Shown here: positions 28,790 to 39,121 of the stretch, piece by piece
How positions within the stretch are numbered: position 1 is the stretch's first letter
Layout of the letters: each line of letters begins with the position of its first letter
DNA from: Gemmatimonadota bacterium
Lineage (GTDB): Bacteria; Gemmatimonadota; Gemmatimonadetes; Gemmatimonadales; GWC2-71-9
Length of the DNA: 64,000 nucleotides
NCBI GenBank assembly: GCA_039588055.1
Contig: JBDHAN010000004.1
Coordinates: forward strand, 807 to 64,806
Reading direction: 5' to 3'
Position numbers and translations under genes: made by a program
Notes under the pieces: model-generated
The model's database searches: none
What the model was told of the DNA's origin: nothing
What the model saw: the letters and a program-made list of their open reading frames with translations, nothing else

Positions 28790-30127
28790 ATGCGCTATAC
28801 GACGTACTCCAAGTATCTCCCGCAATTGCTCGACGCGGTGAATCTCGAGGACCTCCTCGATGATCTGAGCGACTTCCTGCTGCAGTCGGGGTTCGCCGGT
28901 GGGCCGCACTACCATCCGTATTGGGGGGAGTTTGGCGACGACGACGCCGATCGCTCCCTCGATGCCCTTAAGCAGGCCATCATTCAAGCACTCGCGGAAT
29001 CGGGCAAGCTCACACCGGAGATGCTGCAGGTGTTGCGCGGTGAGTCGACCGGCGACCCCGAGCGTGACGACGCCATTCAACAGCAGCTGGCCGACCTCAT
29101 CGATCAAGTTGTCCAAAAGCTGATTGAGAAGGGGTATCTCAACGTGCAGGAAGCACCCCAGATGCCCGAGGGACACCAGCCGATGTTTGGACCGGGTGGC
29201 CAGGCGCAGTCAGCAGCGCAGCACGTGCAGTTCAATCTCACCGAGAAGGGGCTGGACTTCCTGGGCTATCGGGCCCTGCGGCACCTGCTGGGAAGCGTGG
29301 GCAAGTCGAGTTTTGGCTCGCACGACACAGCGCACCTTGCGACGGGCGTGGAAGCGGAGGCTACATCGAAGCCATACGAGTTCGGCGACACGATGAACCT
29401 GGATGTGCCGGAGACATTGAAGCGAGCGGTGGCGAGACGGGACGATCCCACACGATCTGCCTCGCCAGATGAGGGGCACGCCACCCCACCGTTCATCGAC
29501 CTGGACTACTCGGACCTCATGGTCCACCAGTCGGAATACCGTTCGAGCGCAGCTACCGTGCTCATGCTCGATTGCTCACACTCGATGATCCTCTACGGTG
29601 AGGATCGATTTACACCCGCCAAGAAGGTCGCGCTGGCGCTCACGCACTTGATTCGCACACAGTTCGCCGGCGATACGATTCGGGTCGTGCTGTTTCACGA
29701 TACGGCAGAGGAGATTCCGCTGGCGCGGCTCGCAGAGGCGCAAGTGGGACCCTATCACACGAACACGGCCGAGGGCCTCAAGCTGGCTCGCCGCATCCTG
29801 CTGTCGCAGAAGAAGGACATGCGACAGATCATCATGATCACCGACGGCAAGCCGTCCGCACTCACGCTCCCTGACGGTCAGATCTACATCAATTCAATGG
29901 GACTCGATCCCAAGATCTTGAAAGAGACCTTCCGCGAGGTGTCAGCGTGCAAGCGCGCCGGCATCATGATCAACACATTCATGCTCGCCCGCGAGCGCAT
30001 GCTGGTGGAGTTCGTCAAGAAAGTCTGTGAGATTGCGCGCGGAAAGGCCTACTTCACGAACACGATGACCCTGGGTCAGTACATCCTGATGGACTTCATG
30101 CGGCGGAAGACGCGACGGGTGGGGTAA
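28790..30127 (+). CDS. VWA domain-containing protein
   Basis: MIDAS DCSHS...TNT...[15 protein letters not shown]. Confidence 0.9.
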   Translation: MRYTTYSKYLPQLLDAVNLEDLLDDLSDFLLQSGFAGGPHYHPYWGEFGDDDADRSLDALKQAIIQALAESGKLTPEMLQVLRGESTGDPERDDAIQQQLADLIDQVVQKLIEKGYLNVQEAPQMPEGHQPMFGPGGQAQSAAQHVQFNLTEKGLDFLGYRALRHLLGSVGKSSFGSHDTAHLATGVEAEATSKPYEFGDTMNLDVPETLKRAVARRDDPTRSASPDEGHATPPFIDLDYSDLMVHQSEYRSSAATVLMLDCSHSMILYGEDRFTPAKKVALALTHLIRTQFAGDTIRVVLFHDTAEEIPLARLAEAQVGPYHTNTAEGLKLARRILLSQKKDMRQIIMITDGKPSALTLPDGQIYINSMGLDPKILKETFREVSACKRAGIMINTFMLARERMLVEFVKKVCEIARGKAYFTNTMTLGQYILMDFMRRKTRRVG

Positions 30128-30130
30128 CAC

Positions 30131-30227
30131 GCGGTCAGGCGGTCAGGCGTTCAGGCGACAAGCCGCCACTCCGTATGCATTCCCGTATCGCTTATCCCTC
30201 ATCCTCATCCCTCATCCCTCATCCCCC
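30131..30227. repeat. 8-mer array (GCGGTCAG, about 4 copies) followed by 7-mer array (CCTCATC-like)
   Basis: Seen directly; the 7-mer array overlaps the 3' end of the DinB-family gene. Confidence 0.75.
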
Positions 30228-30685
30228 GACGGTCCATACACTCCCGGCACTTTGAGTCCCGCCTGCCGTATCAATACGGTGAGCTGGCCTCGGTGATGAC
30301 CCTCATGGAGCAGCATGACCGACAGCATATAGCCTCTGGTCCACCGCATGCCGTAGATTGCATCTTCGATCGCGAGTGACGCATCCGTCCACGACAGCTC
30401 AACGGTCTCCGCCAATGCGCTGGCCGCTCTGCGGTATGCCACGAGGATCTCGCTCGCATGCACTGGCTGCTGGACCGACTTCTCTGGTGCCTCGAACCCA
30501 AGACCGGCCTTCCCCACGATTTCCCGCTGCGACACCACGATGTGCCACGCCAGCTCACCAACAGTTCGCTGCCTCTCTCCCATTTGCCAATCCAGCGACT
30601 CGTCCGTGAGCTCGGCCAACACACGTGCCGTCTGCGCCGATTCGTGTTTCCATAAAGAGAGGAATTGCTGGAGCGTCGTGAACAC
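30212..30685 (-). CDS. DinB family protein
   Basis: RTVGELAWH...HEGHHRGQLTV..RQAG..VPGVYGPS. Confidence 0.92.
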   Translation of the reverse strand: MFTTLQQFLSLWKHESAQTARVLAELTDESLDWQMGERQRTVGELAWHIVVSQREIVGKAGLGFEAPEKSVQQPVHASEILVAYRRAASALAETVELSWTDASLAIEDAIYGMRWTRGYMLSVMLLHEGHHRGQLTVLIRQAGLKVPGVYGPSGDEG

Positions 30686-30762
30686 CGGTTCTCCCGTCGC
30701 GCGAGTCGGCTTACCGTAACGTCCACCGACTCCGTGCGCCAGTCGCCCGAATGCGTATTTCC

Positions 30763-30798
30763 CCCTATCCCTTATGCCTTAACCCTCATCCCTTAGTT
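30763..30798. repeat. Degenerate 7-mer array
   Basis: CCCTATC CCTTATG CCTTAAC CCTCATC CCTTAGT. Confidence 0.7.
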
Positions 30799-30844
30799 AT
30801 CTTCACCACTTCGCTGACACCTCCCACGAGGACACCGACTCCAC

Positions 30845-33800
30845 GTGTTCGAAGACGTCTTCCAGACCGTCAATTCCGGCTTCGCGCAGGCCATGTACGA
30901 AGACTTCCTGCGGGACCCGTCGTCGGTTCCGGAGGAGTGGCGACGGATGTTCGAGAGGGGCGTGAAGGGGGAGGAGCCGACGGGGGCGGCGGCAGAGCAA
31001 ACGGCGGCAGAGGGACAGAGCGGCAAGCGCGCTGAGGCAGGGCCGCAGAGCGGCACGGTGGCAGAACGAGACCTCGCCGTCGCTCGAGCTGCCGCTCCTG
31101 CCCCTCCTGCCCCTCCTGCCCCCCCTGCCCCATCTCTCTCAGGTGAACCCATCACCGGCCCTGCCCTCCGCTTGCTCCAGAACATGGAGGCGTCGCTCGA
31201 GCTCCCAACGGCGACATCCTTCCGCGACATCGACGTCACGCGCCTGTGGAATGTGCGGGCCGCACTCAACCGACACCTGAAGGAACGGGGCATCAAGCTC
31301 TCGTTCACACATTTCATCGGCTGGGCCATGGTCAGGGCGGCTCGGGAGTATCCGTCTATGATCCATGCCGTTGCGCGTCGGGGTGAGGAGTACTTCCGGG
31401 TTCAACCGGATTCGGTGAACCTCGGGCTCGCGGTCGACACGGTCGGCAGGCAGGGCGAGCGGAAACTGCTTGTTCCCGTCATCAAGGGCGCCGATCGAGC
31501 GAGCTTTGACGAGTTTCACGCGGAGTACGAACGACTCGTGACTGGAGCCCGGGACAACAAGCTCCTACCCGACGCCTACATGGGCGCCACCATCACACTC
31601 ACGAATCCGGGGACAATCGGGACAGTCGCATCTGTCCCGCGCCTCATGCAGGGACAAGGTTCGATCATCGGCACGGGTGCAATTCGCGATGCAATCGGCA
31701 CACGGATCATGACCGTGAGCAGCACGTACGATCATCGCATCATCCAGGGAGCAGAATCCGGGCTCTTTCTCCAGGTAATCGACCGATTGCTGCAGGGCGA
31801 TGAGGGGTTCTACCACACCATTGCCGATGGCATGGATATCGAGGAGCTCGCCGCTGAGTCCTCGATTGGGGCGGCGATGGTCGCCCATGCGGCAGCTCCG
31901 GCGACGCCGCGACCGGACGAAATCCCAACTGCACTGCTCCATCACGTGGCATCGGGGATGTCGCTCGTGGGGAATTACCGCACCCACGGCCTTCTCGCTG
32001 CGCAACTCGACCCGCTTGGCATCCCCGCGCGCGGAGACCCGGCGCTCGACTTCGAAAACCTAGGGCTCACGCCCGAGGTCATGCGGCAAATTCCAGCCAG
32101 CGCACTGCACACCTACGTCGGTGGGGAGACTCTCGAGGACGTGCTGCCGCGACTGCGCGAGACGTACTGTGGGACCATCGCCTACGAGATCGAGCACATT
32201 GCGAATAACGAAGAGCGCGGGTGGCTGCGACGAGTCATCGAGTCGGGCGAGCACCGGTACCCGCTGACCGACGACGCGAAGGTCCGGCTACTCCAACGGT
32301 TGACGAGAGTCGACACACTCGAGCGCTTCTTGCACCGCACCTACCTCGGTCACAAGCGGTTTGGAATCGAAGGGCTCGACATGCTCGTGCCGATGGTGCA
32401 CATGGCCCTTGCGCTGGCCGTTGACCAAGGCGCGACGCACGCGGTCGCCGGTATGGCACACCGCGGGCGCCTGAACTTCCTGACGCACATCCTCGGACTC
32501 TCATACGAAACGCTGCTTGCCGAGTTCGAAGGGGGACGCGAGGTGGAGGAGACGCTCGCGCCGCGCGGCGGTACCGGAGACGTGAAGTACCACCACGGTC
32601 TGGAGGGGACATTCACAACGCATCGCGGCCGCAAGATCGGCGTCACGCTCATGCCGAACCCGAGTCATCTCGAGGCGGTGGGTCCGGTCGTCGAAGGCAA
32701 CACGAGGGCGCGTCAGTCTGATCGATCTGGACGATCGATCGAGCACCACCCTAAGTTGGTGCTGCCGATTCTCATTCACGGTGACGCCGCTTTTCCCGCG
32801 CAGGGCGTCGTCGCGGAGACACTCAACCTCGCGCGGCTCGACGGATATAGCACTGGCGGCACGCTTCACATCATCGCGAACAACCAGATTGGGTTTACGA
32901 CGCCGCCGCGCGAGGCGAGCTCGACCGACTACGCCAGTGACCTCGCGAAGGGATTCGACGTTCCCATCGTCCACGTGAACGCTGATGACGCCGAGGCGTG
33001 TCTGGCAGCGGTCTATTTGGCGATGATGTATCGTGACAAGTTCCACGGCGACGTGGTCATCAACCTCGTCGGCTATCGCCGACACGGTCATAACGAAGGT
33101 GATGAACCGCGATACACTCAGCCCCTCATGTACGAACGGATCGACCAACATCCCCCAGTGCGGGCGGTTTATGCCGAGACGTTGGTGAATCAGGGCGTCG
33201 TCAGCGCGTCGGATGCGGAGCAGATGGTCAAAGAGTTCTACGAAGAGCTCGCGTCCATCCAGACGCGGCTCCGAGAGGATCTTCAGGTGTCCGATGAGGC
33301 TGGGGCCGAACCGGAGCGGATCTCGGGACTGTGGATAACGATTGACGAGCCCGCGACCGCAATCGACCTCGCTCGCTTGTGGGAACTCAACGAAGAACTC
33401 TATGCTGCTCCTGAACGGTTCACTGTGAACCGGAAGCTCCAGAAGGTCTTCGACCGGCAACGGGCAGCGTTCGCGGACAACACAGGAATCGACTGGGCGC
33501 ATGCCGAGACCTTGGCCCTTGCATCACTCGTCACGGAAGGAACACCGGTGCGCCTCGTGGGCCAGGACACGGTGCGAGGCACATTCAGCCAGCGCCATCT
33601 CACGTGGTTTGACGCCGAGGCGGGTGCACCGTACACCCCGCTCCAGCACCTGAGCCGCGCAACGGCGCCCCTAGAACTTCACAACTCGCCGCTGTCGGAA
33701 TACGCTGCGCTCGGCTTCGAGTACGGATACAGCGTCGCGGCACCTGAAGCACTTGTCCTTTGGGAGGCGCAGTTCGGCGACTTCGCCAACGTGGCTGAGG

Positions 33801-34516
33801 TGATCATCGACCAGTTCATCATCGCCGGGCTGGCCAAGTGGGGACAAACCACACGTCTCACCCTCCTCCTTCCGCACGGCTACGAAGGTCAGGGACCGGA
33901 GCATTCGAGCGCCCGTTTGGAGCGTTACCTCGCTCTTGGCGCAGAGGGGAACATCCGGGTCGCGAACTGCTCGACGGCGGCGCAGTACTTCCACCTCCTG
34001 CGTCGGCAGGCGAAGCACAGCGAGCTGCGGCCGCTCATCATCATGACGCCGAAGAGCCTTCTGCGGCTCCCTCTCGCTGCCTCGCCGCTCCACGAACTGG
34101 CGACCGGGAGGTTCCATCCGGCCCTCGATGACCCGACGATGACCGAGGATCGGGCGGCGGTGACCCGACTCGCGCTGTGCTCGGGCAAAGTGTACTACGA
34201 TGTCGCGTCATCCGAGCTGCGACCGCCGGCTGCACACGTGGCTATTGCTCGACTGGAATTGCTCTACCCATTCCCCGAGAGTCACGTGTCGTCACTCATC
34301 CAGTCGTACCCCAACCTCCGCGAGATCGTATGGCTGCAGGAGGAACCCATGAACATGGGCGCTCGCAAGTGGGTGATCCCGGCACTCGCCCGGGTCGCGC
34401 CGCAGGGTCTGCAGCTCCGGTACGTCTCACGCCCCGAACGTTCGAGCCCTGCCGAAGGCTATCCTGCAGCCCACGCGACAGAGCAGCAGCGATTGGTGCG
34501 AAAGACTCTGGTGTAG
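30845..34516 (+). CDS. sucA: Multifunctional 2-oxoglutarate dehydrogenase E1 with fused E2 catalytic domain (Kgd/OdhA type)
   Basis: N-terminal acyltransferase (TLTNPG, TYDHRIIQGAESG); GMAHRGRLN, GDVKYH, HGDAAF, WEAQFGDF, GQGPEHSS. Confidence 0.95.
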   Translation: MFEDVFQTVNSGFAQAMYEDFLRDPSSVPEEWRRMFERGVKGEEPTGAAAEQTAAEGQSGKRAEAGPQSGTVAERDLAVARAAAPAPPAPPAPPAPSLSGEPITGPALRLLQNMEASLELPTATSFRDIDVTRLWNVRAALNRHLKERGIKLSFTHFIGWAMVRAAREYPSMIHAVARRGEEYFRVQPDSVNLGLAVDTVGRQGERKLLVPVIKGADRASFDEFHAEYERLVTGARDNKLLPDAYMGATITLTNPGTIGTVASVPRLMQGQGSIIGTGAIRDAIGTRIMTVSSTYDHRIIQGAESGLFLQVIDRLLQGDEGFYHTIADGMDIEELAAESSIGAAMVAHAAAPATPRPDEIPTALLHHVASGMSLVGNYRTHGLLAAQLDPLGIPARGDPALDFENLGLTPEVMRQIPASALHTYVGGETLEDVLPRLRETYCGTIAYEIEHIANNEERGWLRRVIESGEHRYPLTDDAKVRLLQRLTRVDTLERFLHRTYLGHKRFGIEGLDMLVPMVHMALALAVDQGATHAVAGMAHRGRLNFLTHILGLSYETLLAEFEGGREVEETLAPRGGTGDVKYHHGLEGTFTTHRGRKIGVTLMPNPSHLEAVGPVVEGNTRARQSDRSGRSIEHHPKLVLPILIHGDAAFPAQGVVAETLNLARLDGYSTGGTLHIIANNQIGFTTPPREASSTDYASDLAKGFDVPIVHVNADDAEACLAAVYLAMMYRDKFHGDVVINLVGYRRHGHNEGDEPRYTQPLMYERIDQHPPVRAVYAETLVNQGVVSASDAEQMVKEFYEELASIQTRLREDLQVSDEAGAEPERISGLWITIDEPATAIDLARLWELNEELYAAPERFTVNRKLQKVFDRQRAAFADNTGIDWAHAETLALASLVTEGTPVRLVGQDTVRGTFSQRHLTWFDAEAGAPYTPLQHLSRATAPLELHNSPLSEYAALGFEYGYSVAAPEALVLWEAQFGDFANVAEVIIDQFIIAGLAKWGQTTRLTLLLPHGYEGQGPEHSSARLERYLALGAEGNIRVANCSTAAQYFHLLRRQAKHSELRPLIIMTPKSLLRLPLAASPLHELATGRFHPALDDPTMTEDRAAVTRLALCSGKVYYDVASSELRPPAAHVAIARLELLYPFPESHVSSLIQSYPNLREIVWLQEEPMNMGARKWVIPALARVAPQGLQLRYVSRPERSSPAEGYPAAHATEQQRLVRKTLV

Positions 34517-34530
34517 GGGCGGGCGGATTG

Positions 34531-36354
34531 CTACGGCCCGATCGAGTCGGACGTCCGGAACGAAAACTGAAACTCACCCCGCGCCTGCTCGACCACCTCC
34601 CGATATGCACGGCTCGTCACCCGGGCGCGGAGTCGATCGCTGACCGGCAGCACCATCGGGACCGGCTCCCAGTGCACTGGTTGGCCCGTCACGGCATCCG
34701 TCACGTCCCCGTCGTTCAGCGCACGATTCGCCGCGGCCAGTCCGACCCCACGCAGCGCCTGTCGAATCGACTCGTACCGCGCCTGCCCCTCAGGCTGGAC
34801 GAACCGCAGGTGGCGGTGTCCCACGGCAGCCATGTAATACTGCGACGGTACAAACCCGATGCCGTCCAACCGAAGCTCTTCGCAGACAACGATCAGCCAT
34901 GCCGCAATGTCGCGCAGCATGCCAAGCCCAGGATGGCTCTGACCGGGTAACTGCGGCCGTCGGGGGATGAATGCAGCCCGCGGATTCTGAAGGAGCAGCC
35001 ATCCGATTTCGACGACTTCAAATCCCGGCATGATGCTTCGACTGATGGACGCCTTGAGCTCCATCAGCATCTCCCCGCCCTCGGGCGCTCCAAGCACTCG
35101 CAGGATCTGTCCGAGTCCCTTCGGCGCATCGAGCGTCAGAGTCAGATTCGGAAACCCGCGTGAGCGAATGTTGTTGAGCACACCTAGCTGCTCGAGCTGC
35201 AGCTCCACGGCATGGCGCGAGAACCGGCCAAGAAACCGTGGGTCTTCACGCGTGACGAGCCCCATCAGGTCCTCGGGCGCAAGGTTCCAGCTGTCGGTCT
35301 CCGACACCGTGGTCTCTTTCACCTGCCACCTCTTGGAGATTGCGCGGAACCGTCTGAGAACCATCTGCACGTCGTCCATCGGTTCCACGACTTCACCGGA
35401 CACGAGCCAACTCAGGAACCGCGCAGAGTAGCGCCAGGCGGAGGTACCGTAGCCGCCCGCAAGCAGCACGACGAGCGGGACAGTCTTGCCACCGGTGCGG
35501 ACCGTCCGCACCACGAACCGATCCCGCTCCAACAGGCCTTGTTCCGATAACCGCCAGTCTCCCAGCGCATCGGTCGCGGCGCCGTCGACGCCGGCCAAAT
35601 AGAGCACAAGCCCCGGCCGGTGGCTCGCCACGATTGGAGGCAGCTCGGCAGTGAGCACCTCCATGAACACCTCGTCTGTCACGTCACTTCCGAGGGCAAT
35701 ACTCGTCGATGCGACGGCGTCGTGTTCATCCCACGGCACATTGTGGATCGAAAACGTGTAGACGGTCTCGTCGTCCGCGAATGCTAAGCGCGTTCCATTG
35801 CCATCGTGTAGGTCGAGATCGACAACGAGAATGGGTTCGTCAAACCCGCGAGCGCGCAGTCTCGCGATGGCGACCGCCACGTCGTTGAAGATGCAGAACC
35901 CCATGCCCTTGTCTGGCGTCGCGTGGTGGAGACCCCCAGCCAAGTGCACAGCGACACGATTCCTCCTGAGGGCCAGCCTGGTCGCCTGGATGGTGCCCCC
36001 GACCATGAGGCGTGCGAGATCGATGGCTCCCTGTGCACCGCGGCCCCCGACATCGAGACCGAGGATCTCGCCAACGACGCCGGGATCGGACAGCGACTCG
36101 ACGTAGGCCGAGCTGTGGACCCGCAGAATGTTCTCCAATGACGCCGGCAGGGGCCGACTCACATGGTGCCGTCGGATGAAGCCTTGATCGAGCAGAAATG
36201 CGAGAATCTTCTCGGAGCGGGCCGGGTCGAGCAGACCGCTGGCGACCGTGTGCACGTACCGCCGATGGTGCACCATCACGACGTCCCGAGGGCTCACGGT
36301 GAGCCGGACCCACCGACTCAGCCGCCGTGGAATGGCTCGGATATGCTCGATCAC
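34531..36354 (-). CDS. Zn-dependent HDAC/AcuC-family deacetylase with extra C-terminal domain
   Basis: GGLHHA, GFCIFND, DLDLHDGNG, GVD..ATD.LG and AGGY, followed by a long extension. Confidence 0.88.
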   Translation of the reverse strand: MIEHIRAIPRRLSRWVRLTVSPRDVVMVHHRRYVHTVASGLLDPARSEKILAFLLDQGFIRRHHVSRPLPASLENILRVHSSAYVESLSDPGVVGEILGLDVGGRGAQGAIDLARLMVGGTIQATRLALRRNRVAVHLAGGLHHATPDKGMGFCIFNDVAVAIARLRARGFDEPILVVDLDLHDGNGTRLAFADDETVYTFSIHNVPWDEHDAVASTSIALGSDVTDEVFMEVLTAELPPIVASHRPGLVLYLAGVDGAATDALGDWRLSEQGLLERDRFVVRTVRTGGKTVPLVVLLAGGYGTSAWRYSARFLSWLVSGEVVEPMDDVQMVLRRFRAISKRWQVKETTVSETDSWNLAPEDLMGLVTREDPRFLGRFSRHAVELQLEQLGVLNNIRSRGFPNLTLTLDAPKGLGQILRVLGAPEGGEMLMELKASISRSIMPGFEVVEIGWLLLQNPRAAFIPRRPQLPGQSHPGLGMLRDIAAWLIVVCEELRLDGIGFVPSQYYMAAVGHRHLRFVQPEGQARYESIRQALRGVGLAAANRALNDGDVTDAVTGQPVHWEPVPMVLPVSDRLRARVTSRAYREVVEQARGEFQFSFRTSDSIGP

Positions 36355-36474
36355 CGTTCACCGCAGGTCGTCATCACGTCTGCAAGATGTCGATCGAACC
36401 TCGCTCGGCCAAGCGCTCTCGTGGGCAGCCACCTTGACGGGGAGCTTCTGCCCGGGGAGCTTGCGAACGCTACC

Positions 36475-37275
36475 ATGCTCACCGCACTTCCTCACGCACT
36501 CGACACGTTCGTAGAGATCGAGCGTCGAGTCCTCGAGCATCGGGTTGCGCTCTTCCTCGACTACGATGGGACACTCACACCGATCGTCGCTCGTCCCGAG
36601 CTCGCCACGCTTTCCGCTGACATGCGAAGGGTCATGGCCAGCTTGGCCGGTCAGATACCTGTCGCCGTCGTCAGCGGCCGCGATCGAAGCGACGTCGAGA
36701 AGCTCGTTGGGATAGAGCCCATCATCTACGCCGGGAGCCATGGTTTCGACATTTCCGGTCCCGACGGCTTGCGGCTCGTGCATTCGGCCGGGTCGGACGC
36801 TTCGGAGAGCCTCGATGAGGCGGCAGGTGAGCTACGAAAGCTTATCGAAGGGATCGCCGGCGCGCTGGTCGAGCGCAAGCGCTTCGCGTTGACCGTGCAT
36901 TTCCGACTGGTCGCTCCTGCCGACCAGGGGCGCGTTCTCGCCGCCTTCGAGCGCGTCGCGGCACGCTATGCGACACTCCGCGTGTCAGGCGGAAAGTGTG
37001 TGTACGAGCTCCGCCCGGCGATCGACTGGAACAAGGGCGCTGCAGTCATCTGGCTGCTGGACCGACTTGGCTTGGACGGCACAGACGCACTCCCCATCTA
37101 CATCGGCGACGACGAGACGGACGAAGACGCGCTTGCGGCGGTTGCCCAGCGGGGCATCGGGATTCTCGTCACCGACGATGTGCACCACTCCCGTGCACGC
37201 TATTACCTCCGCAGTCCTGCCGAAGTCGGTAACTTTCTTCGCCGTGTGCAACAGGTAGTAGGGCAACCAAAATAG
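36475..37275 (+). CDS. otsB: Trehalose-6-phosphate phosphatase
   Basis: LFLDYDGTLTPIV, VSGR, YAGSHG, NKG, YIGDDETDEDA. Confidence 0.92.
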   Translation: MLTALPHALDTFVEIERRVLEHRVALFLDYDGTLTPIVARPELATLSADMRRVMASLAGQIPVAVVSGRDRSDVEKLVGIEPIIYAGSHGFDISGPDGLRLVHSAGSDASESLDEAAGELRKLIEGIAGALVERKRFALTVHFRLVAPADQGRVLAAFERVAARYATLRVSGGKCVYELRPAIDWNKGAAVIWLLDRLGLDGTDALPIYIGDDETDEDALAAVAQRGIGILVTDDVHHSRARYYLRSPAEVGNFLRRVQQVVGQPK

Positions 37276-37280
37276 GGAGC

Positions 37281-37853
37281 GTGACAGTGGCTCTCCTCGA
37301 CATCCTGCGGATCGTCGCGTTCGGGGCATTCGTGTTCTCCGGTGGAGTTGCCCTCGGCTCGTGGGCCGTGCGCACCCGCCGGCTCAATCCGTTCAGTCGC
37401 ACGGGCCAGCAAATCCGAAAGCTCACCGATCCCGTCCTTTCCCCTGTGGAGACATGGTTGCTGCGCCGCGGCAGCAATCCGCAGCACGCCGGCTGGTGGT
37501 TGGTTGGCATCAGCGTGGTCGGCGGTATTCTGGTCGTGACGCTCGCGCAGTGGCTGGCTGCGCAGTTTGTTGGGATCGCCCAAGCCTCCGTGTCCGGTCC
37601 GCGAGAGATTTCACGCGTCATCATCTACTATGCGAGCCAGGTACTGCTCCTGGCACTCATCATCCGTGTCATCGGTTCGTGGTTCGGTAAGGGGCCGTAC
37701 ACGTCCTGGATGCGGCCGGTTTACGTGCTGACCGACTGGGTCGTCCAGCCTCTCCGCCGCATCGTCCCGCCGATCGGTATGATTGACATCACGCCGCTCG
37801 TCGCATGGTTTCTCATCATCGTGCTGCGCGGATGGCTGCTGAGACTTCTCTGA
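37281..37853 (+). CDS. yggT: YggT family membrane protein
   Basis: LIIRVIGSW...LTDWVVQPLRRIVPPIGMIDITPLVA. Confidence 0.88.
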   Translation: MTVALLDILRIVAFGAFVFSGGVALGSWAVRTRRLNPFSRTGQQIRKLTDPVLSPVETWLLRRGSNPQHAGWWLVGISVVGGILVVTLAQWLAAQFVGIAQASVSGPREISRVIIYYASQVLLLALIIRVIGSWFGKGPYTSWMRPVYVLTDWVVQPLRRIVPPIGMIDITPLVAWFLIIVLRGWLLRLL

Positions 37854-38122
37854 GCCAAGCTGCCCTCCTCGACCTTCACGTGCAGCCGCGGGCCAAGCGA
37901 TCCGAGTTCGTGGGGTGGCACGGTGATGCCGTCAAGGTGCGCCTGGCCGCACCGCCTGTCGACGGGGCGGCAAACGACGAGCTCATCTCCCTGCTCACAC
38001 GGGAGCTTGGCATCCCGCGCACCGACATCGAGATCGTCAAGGGAGTGGGGAGCCGTCGAAAGCGAGTCGCGATCTCCGGGCTCACACACCAAGAGATCCT
38101 GCAGCGGCTCCGCCTCGCTTAG
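37832..38122 (+). CDS. yggU: DUF167/YggU family protein
   Basis: VQPRA, KVRLAAPPVDGAAN, G..SRRK; start is ATG 37832 or CTG 37850. Confidence 0.88.
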   Translation: MAAETSLSQAALLDLHVQPRAKRSEFVGWHGDAVKVRLAAPPVDGAANDELISLLTRELGIPRTDIEIVKGVGSRRKRVAISGLTHQEILQRLRLA

Positions 38123-39120
38123 CTCTCGACTCGCACGGCCCGCAACATTTCTGCAGTCTGCTCCGGGTCGACCGTTACGATCGCAGTTCCCGTTGCCAGT
38201 TCGAACCCTCCCGGGGTGGTGAGACGTGGCTGGATACGCACGTGCCAGCGGAATGACTCGTCAACCCGATCACTGAGCTCCCCAGACAGAATCAGGACGT
38301 TGACGTCGGGATCGGCGAATGCTCGTGCGAGACGCTCCAGCGTGCCGCGCAACGTCACCGCGAATTCCCGAACTTCCTGCGGGGACAGGGTGCCAACGCT
38401 CACCCCCACCGTGCGCGGGATGATCCATGTCTCTCCCGACCACTGAGGAGCGTAGGGCGCGAGCACGACGAATGCCTCGCGCTCCTCGATGATCCGCGCA
38501 CCGACCTCGAGTTCCCGTTGCACGTAGTCGTCGTAGACCGAGGCACCACACTGCTCCGCGTAGTCCGAGGCCACGTCGACCATGCGCTGCAGCAGGGGTG
38601 GGACCATCGGCCCCGCCACCAGCTGCCAGTGCGGATGGATCAACGACGCCCCCGCCCGCACACCGTGATTCTTGAACAACGAGAAGAAGCGCAGCGCCGG
38701 ATCGGCCCGGAACGTTCGGTAGCGTTCCTGAGCCACCTGGAGCACATCGACTAGCACGTCTGGCGTTGCCGGAGCGAGGTCACGACGGTGCTCGGCGCCC
38801 TCGATGATGACTTCGTAGTGACCGCGCGCGGGGCGCCGCCCCAGCAGGACGTCCGTCGTGGCCTCGGGCTGCAAGAGTTCCGGCACGAGAGCGGGATACT
38901 TATTCGGCACCACCCGCACGGTCCAGTCCGAGCCACTCGGCCTTCGCAGAATCTCGGGCGGTGTCTGGTCTTCATTCCCGCGGCAAAATGGGCAAGACGG
39001 GTCGATTGCCCGAGTTACTGTGCGGCCGTCCGCATCTACTGAGGCACCGGGTCGCTTGGCCCGCTCCGACGACAGGACCATCCATGTGTCGGTTGTGCAG
39101 TCGCGCCGATACTCAGGCAC
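38119..39120 (-). CDS. galT: Galactose-1-phosphate uridylyltransferase (GalT-like, HIT superfamily)
   Basis: ERAKRP, CPFCRGNE..TPPE, VPNKYPAL, AGASLIHPHWQ, GGFELATG; GTG 39120 behind SD. Confidence 0.88.
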   Translation of the reverse strand: MPEYRRDCTTDTWMVLSSERAKRPGASVDADGRTVTRAIDPSCPFCRGNEDQTPPEILRRPSGSDWTVRVVPNKYPALVPELLQPEATTDVLLGRRPARGHYEVIIEGAEHRRDLAPATPDVLVDVLQVAQERYRTFRADPALRFFSLFKNHGVRAGASLIHPHWQLVAGPMVPPLLQRMVDVASDYAEQCGASVYDDYVQRELEVGARIIEEREAFVVLAPYAPQWSGETWIIPRTVGVSVGTLSPQEVREFAVTLRGTLERLARAFADPDVNVLILSGELSDRVDESFRWHVRIQPRLTTPGGFELATGTAIVTVDPEQTAEMLRAVRVES

Positions 39121-39121
39121 C

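Noticed and set aside
30131..30227. CRISPR array or REP elements
   Set aside because: Units are 7-8 bp, non-palindromic and lack spacers; no cas genes in the window.
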